Source: Eledone cirrhosa
Taxonomy: Eukaryota
Length of the DNA stretch: 64,000 nucleotides
Reading direction: 5' to 3'
NCBI GenBank assembly: GCA_964016885.1
Contig: OZ024740.1
Location: forward strand, 62,372,001 to 62,436,000
The notes under the pieces are model-generated. The model worked only from the letters and a program-made list of their open reading frames with translations. It did not search any database and had not been told where the DNA came from. The translations under genes were made by a program, and so were the position numbers. Positions within the stretch are counted from its first letter, which is position 1. Every line of letters begins with the position of its first letter. Positions 59,982 to 64,000 of the stretch are shown here, piece after piece.

Positions 59982-62205
59982 GAAGTGGTTACACAACAGT
60001 TAGTTCACCATTCCGAGAACAATTGTTTCACCTTAGCGGATCCACAGCTCGTAATGGACATGGTTATACGGAACAGGAAGTACAACCGTATGAACGCGCA
60101 TGCGCAGAAACGGTCACTTCACCCAGACAATACTAAATTGCGTGCGAGAGATGTAAGGGAGATAACTGTGAAAGTACGAAAGTTTCAAGTTGATAAGAAA
60201 ATAAGGATGTTGTTATAATTCAATCCGGAGCTTTGTAGTTATGTAAGAGGTGTTTCCAGACGTGTGGACAACGTGTGAAGAATTCATTTCTTGAGTTTAG
60301 GCAATCGCTATTGCGTAATCTCTTTAGAATATTTATTCGTTCATCAATACATAGTCCACACGACGGATTTCCCCTTGCGTATGGCTTGGACTTAGTGATG
60401 GCTTTCCATTGAATGGAGTAGTCTATACTTGAGTCCTTGAGGGACCATACGTGGCTCGCAAGTTTCGTGGATGAACGTTTGTCCGGATACCTAAAGATCG
60501 ACTGGTCGTTCAGGAAGCGTTCCTTAAATCGGCCCTCCGCCATACCCACATAGGATTTGACCTGTGGTTGGTTTGGTCGGTTGGAAGTGACCACAGCTTC
60601 ATAAACTACAGCGGGTGTGTTGCATTGCTGTTGAAGGGGACAAGCTTCGGGCTTTCGGCAAGAACGCCTTGGTGGGGTGTTGCTCTTAGGGCTGTTGGTG
60701 ATGTGGGCCTTCATGTTCTTAGCGCAGGAGTATCCTAGTTTTACTTTGTGTCTGTTAAAGATGGAGCGGTATTTGTGACCTATGGGAAAGTGTCTAAGAG
60801 GGCTAGAAATCTTTTGCCTACATTGGTTTTAACGTTGAGTGAGAAGGGAGGAGAGAACCAGATAGTTTGTCTATTGTTACGATTTCTTTTCTTATTGCTG
60901 TTGTTGTTAGTGGGGGAGTAAGTAATTGGTTGCGAGAAGCCGCTGTTAGATAACTGTTTCTACTTTTGGCACAAGGCCAGCAATTACCCAGTACATTACT
61001 GGTACTTTATTTTATCGACCCCATAAGGATGAAAGGCAAAGTTAACCTCGGCGGGATTTGAACTCAGACCGTAAAGGGACGTAACTAGTTAGATAACGCC
61101 GTGTAATAGTAGGGTGCCGCTCTGTCAAATATAGCCTTATTAGAGGAGAGGTTAGAGATTCTAGAACTGATATTATTTACGAAGTTCCTAAAAACAGCAG
61201 GAGGGTGGCATGAGTCCTTGTAATTGAATTTTTCGTTTAGCTTATGGAAGGGTCTGTAGGTGTGTGTGCAAAGGTATAAATTAATGTCTAAGAAATCTAC
61301 GCTAGAGAGGTTGGTAGCTATTGTTATCCTAAGACCTAACTCATTGAAGGTAGAAGCTAAGTCTTTTTTAAACCGGTCGAGGTCGTGACCACTTTTATGG
61401 CTCGATAAGGTCAGTCCATCGTCGCGGTTTATTCCCGTGTGGAAGTCTGGGAATCTAACACGTAATATGTCTAAAATAAATAGGCCAACCAAGTCGCATA
61501 CATCAGCACTGATGTCGAATAGTTCTGAAGTTGTTGACTTCTTTGCCCAGGCTACTCCGTTGTTGAAGAGGAGAGTTTTCTGGCAGTGAGCGATGATTTC
61601 CCTGTCTAAAACATGGACGGTAGTGTAAATGGTAGCAAACTCCAACGCTTTGTTTAACAGGGTCTCTGAGATCGACGGGTAAAAATCTACAATGTCAAAC
61701 TGTCTGAACCTTCACTTTTTTGGATTTGAAGGAGTTGAACCACTTAATTACGGAGTCGCTGTTCTCCTACTGGGACAGGTTGGACTTTATCCTAATGGTC
61801 TTAACTATGTTTCTAAGTATAGCCTTGCTGACTAGTCCCATATCTGTGCGTGTCGGGTTTAGTAGTCTACATGTGGGGTTAGAAGTAAAGTCTACCTTGT
61901 GATCTTTCAGGGTGAGGAACGCCTCCCGCTTAGCTAGAGATTGTAGCTTCTTATCTACCTTAAGGCCGGCGGCAAGTTCTTTGCCTTCTGTATTAATGTC
62001 GTGGTAGGCCATATTTGGAAGTAATAGCGTTATGGGCCAAGTGACTGTAAGTGGTGTTGTCGACTTCGTAAACATTATTGGTTTTGTCGGAAAGAACGAA
62101 AGTGTTATTAGAAGACCTAAATTTCTTAATATCATTTCTAAGTTTAGTTTGAAAGGTGTTAGGGTGATTGCAAACGGAAATGTTAGCAACTAAGTCAAGA
62201 AGGTG
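59982..62205 (-). mobile_element. Penelope-like element (RT plus GIY-YIG), degenerate
   Basis: LSDKTNNVY, TLKDHK..F..NPTCRLLNP, FDIVDFYPSI, RDDGL and DFLD in the RT; VVY..YVG..FKER, CGLC.DE and RCPH in the endonuclease. Confidence 0.9.
60955..61087 (-). mobile_element. 5'-truncated SINE inserted into the Penelope-like element
   Basis: SINE core with a perfect 10-bp TSD GTTAGATAAC at 60945-60954 and 61088-61097. Confidence 0.88.
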
Positions 62206-62670
62206 CTCTACCACTACGGATATTACCTTCCAGTGTTCTACCGCTATATATATATATGTTTTTTTTCTTCCCATCCCTAAATTTTTTCCGTTTCTTCGTC
62301 TTCCCACTCTCCTCTATCTTTTTATTTCTTCTTTTACTTCTCATTCTATCTTCTGATGATGAATTACCGCCCAAAACGTTAAGACACTTTTCCTTCTATA
62401 TCAAGCATTAAACTGATATTTTTATTGATTGTACTATAATGCTTAATATAGTAGGAAAAGGGTCTTAACGTTTTGGGTAATAGTCCTTCATCTGAAGATA
62501 AATGCGAAATAAAAGAAGAAATGGAAAAGTAGAGAGGAAGAAGAGGAGGGAACGGAAAGAAAAAGAATTTAGAGAAAAAGCACGTGTCTTCAACCAGTCA
62601 TTTTGTGGAAATGCTGATCAGTGAGTATCTTAAATAGTAGAGAGGTTTTGAAAGGGAAATAATCCTTGTA
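62205..62670. repeat. Tail-to-tail inverted pLTR-like pair, each arm with a degenerate minimal hammerhead
   Basis: TCTTCTGATGA...AAAACGTTAAGA at 62349-62384 (+) is mirrored at 62463-62498 (-). The flanking pyrimidine/purine tracts are also mirrored. Confidence 0.7.
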
Positions 62671-63440
62671 TATTTTGAGTAGAAGTATGTGTCTGTGTGT
62701 TAGTTTGTTTGTCTGCTGAAAGAGGTGATTGGGTGTGTTTTAGACTGTAAGAAAACTAGCTGCTAAGAGAATGTAGAGTGCCAATGAGCGCACGCGAGTT
62801 GACCAAGGCAGGGAGATATACGTATGTATGTAAAATTCTGCGTGTACACACACACACGCATGCACACACACATGCGCGCGCACACACACACAGACACACA
62901 CACGCACATATGGACACACACACGCACACATGCACACACACACATACACGCACACACACATACACACACACATGCGCGCGCGCGCACACACACACACACA
63001 CAGACACACATACACACACATGCATACAAACGCGCACACACACACATGCGCCGCGCGCGCACACACGTAGGGGGGGGGGGGGGTTGGCGTAGTAAATGTT
63101 GGAAACGTTCAACACCAACGGCCTCCCAGCACCGGAACTGGGTGTCACGTAAATACAACCGCATGCACCCTCAAGCGAGAGCCAATGAGGGTTGTATCTC
63201 TGTGGTGGTTGATGCTTGAGGGCGTGTATATGTGTACGTGCATACATGCACGCATACGTGTACATCTTAAAGTGTAGGGGCAGTGGAGGTGGTGGGAGAG
63301 GTATAGTTGGCGTTATAACGATTGTTGAGGCAGATGTTTGCTCGGAGAGGGAGAGAAGTAATTATGCACAAGAAGGTCGCTGAGATTACGGGCTGAAAGG
63401 TGGGTTAGGAAAGAAACCAGAGGAAGCACGTTTGATATAG

Positions 63441-63476
63441 TCTTAGCGTTTCGGTCACTAGACCTTCATCACAAGA
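63441..63476 (-). ncRNA. Minimal hammerhead-like motif (C3 mutated) in a pLTR-like fragment
   Basis: Minus strand reads TCTT-GTGATGA-AGGTC TAGT GACC-GAAA-CGC-TA-AGA. Confidence 0.55.
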
Positions 63477-63547
63477 TAGAGAGTAAAAAGAGGAAGTAGC
63501 GGAAAATTATTTTTGGAGAAAAAGCACCTGTGTGTTCAGTCAGCCAT

Positions 63548-63594
<47 letters not shown>

Positions 63595-63853
63595 TTTTAC
63601 TGATTTCAGACTGTGGCCACACTGGGGCACCACCATGATTTAGTCACTTATTTGTTTCTTTAAGTTTGCATCTATTCCCGAAGACGCAAAAAAGTTGAAC
63701 AGAGGCAATTTATTCCGCCTCCTAAGGTAATGTACTCGACTTCGCTATTTTATAGTAACTAGGAATTCTGATGGCTTTTCGTAAACTTATCAGTTTATAG
63801 AAATATTTACATTTCTTTACTAACCAGTTTTACGCACGCACACACACACACAT

Positions 63854-63885
<32 letters not shown>

Positions 63886-64000
63886 TGATCCATTGACTCG
63901 AGTAGTAGTAGTAGTACTTATTATTATTATCTACAGCAGCCAAAAGTAATATGTTACATGAAGACACATAAATAGGCAGAGCGTAAGAAAAATTTAGTCA

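Noticed and set aside
59995-60060. Hammerhead at the 3' end of the second Penelope-like element
   Set aside because: GAAACAATTGTT palindrome is present on the minus strand, but no recognisable CUGANGA core.
53200-60714. Selenocysteine (in-frame UGA) in the Naiad-like endonucleases
   Set aside because: The conserved Cys positions in both GIY-YIG regions read as TGT/TGC; I saw no UGA at Cys sites.
62740-63265. Cys/Val- or His/Thr-rich ORFs (also near 45450, 48450, 56070 and 58080)
   Set aside because: Translations of (CA)n, (TA)n and (CATA)n microsatellites.

Overview
Eukaryotic, AT-rich, microsatellite-dense DNA. The repeat content is most consistent with a coleoid cephalopod such as Octopus, but that assignment is inference. 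I can reconstruct one host gene: five coding exons on the + strand (6427-32416) encoding a 205-aa protein I do not recognise, with introns filled by retroelements. The rest is largely mobile DNA. It includes a pogo/Tc2-type transposase remnant and three Ty3/Gypsy-type LTR elements with TSDs. There is an intact 1146-aa RTE-clade LINE ORF plus truncated relatives, which carry a PHD finger inside the RT, two R4/Dong-like elements bordering (CATA)n, a CRE-like fragment and two Penelope-like elements. Several hammerhead ribozyme motifs, a composite Helitron, MITEs, many tRNA-derived SINEs and a 430-bp repeat array folded into a large palindrome are also present. The most unusual observations are: (i) a 32-nt tRNA-Trp 3' copy with a substitution at the m1A58 position inside an iterated LTR-end/PBS junction; (ii) a Gypsy element whose gag-pol is antisense to its LTR/PPT/PBS polarity; (iii) the PHD-finger insertion in the RT of an intact LINE; (iv) a non-coding 706-bp hammerhead-bearing tandem unit. 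All calls were made by eye, with no database searches.
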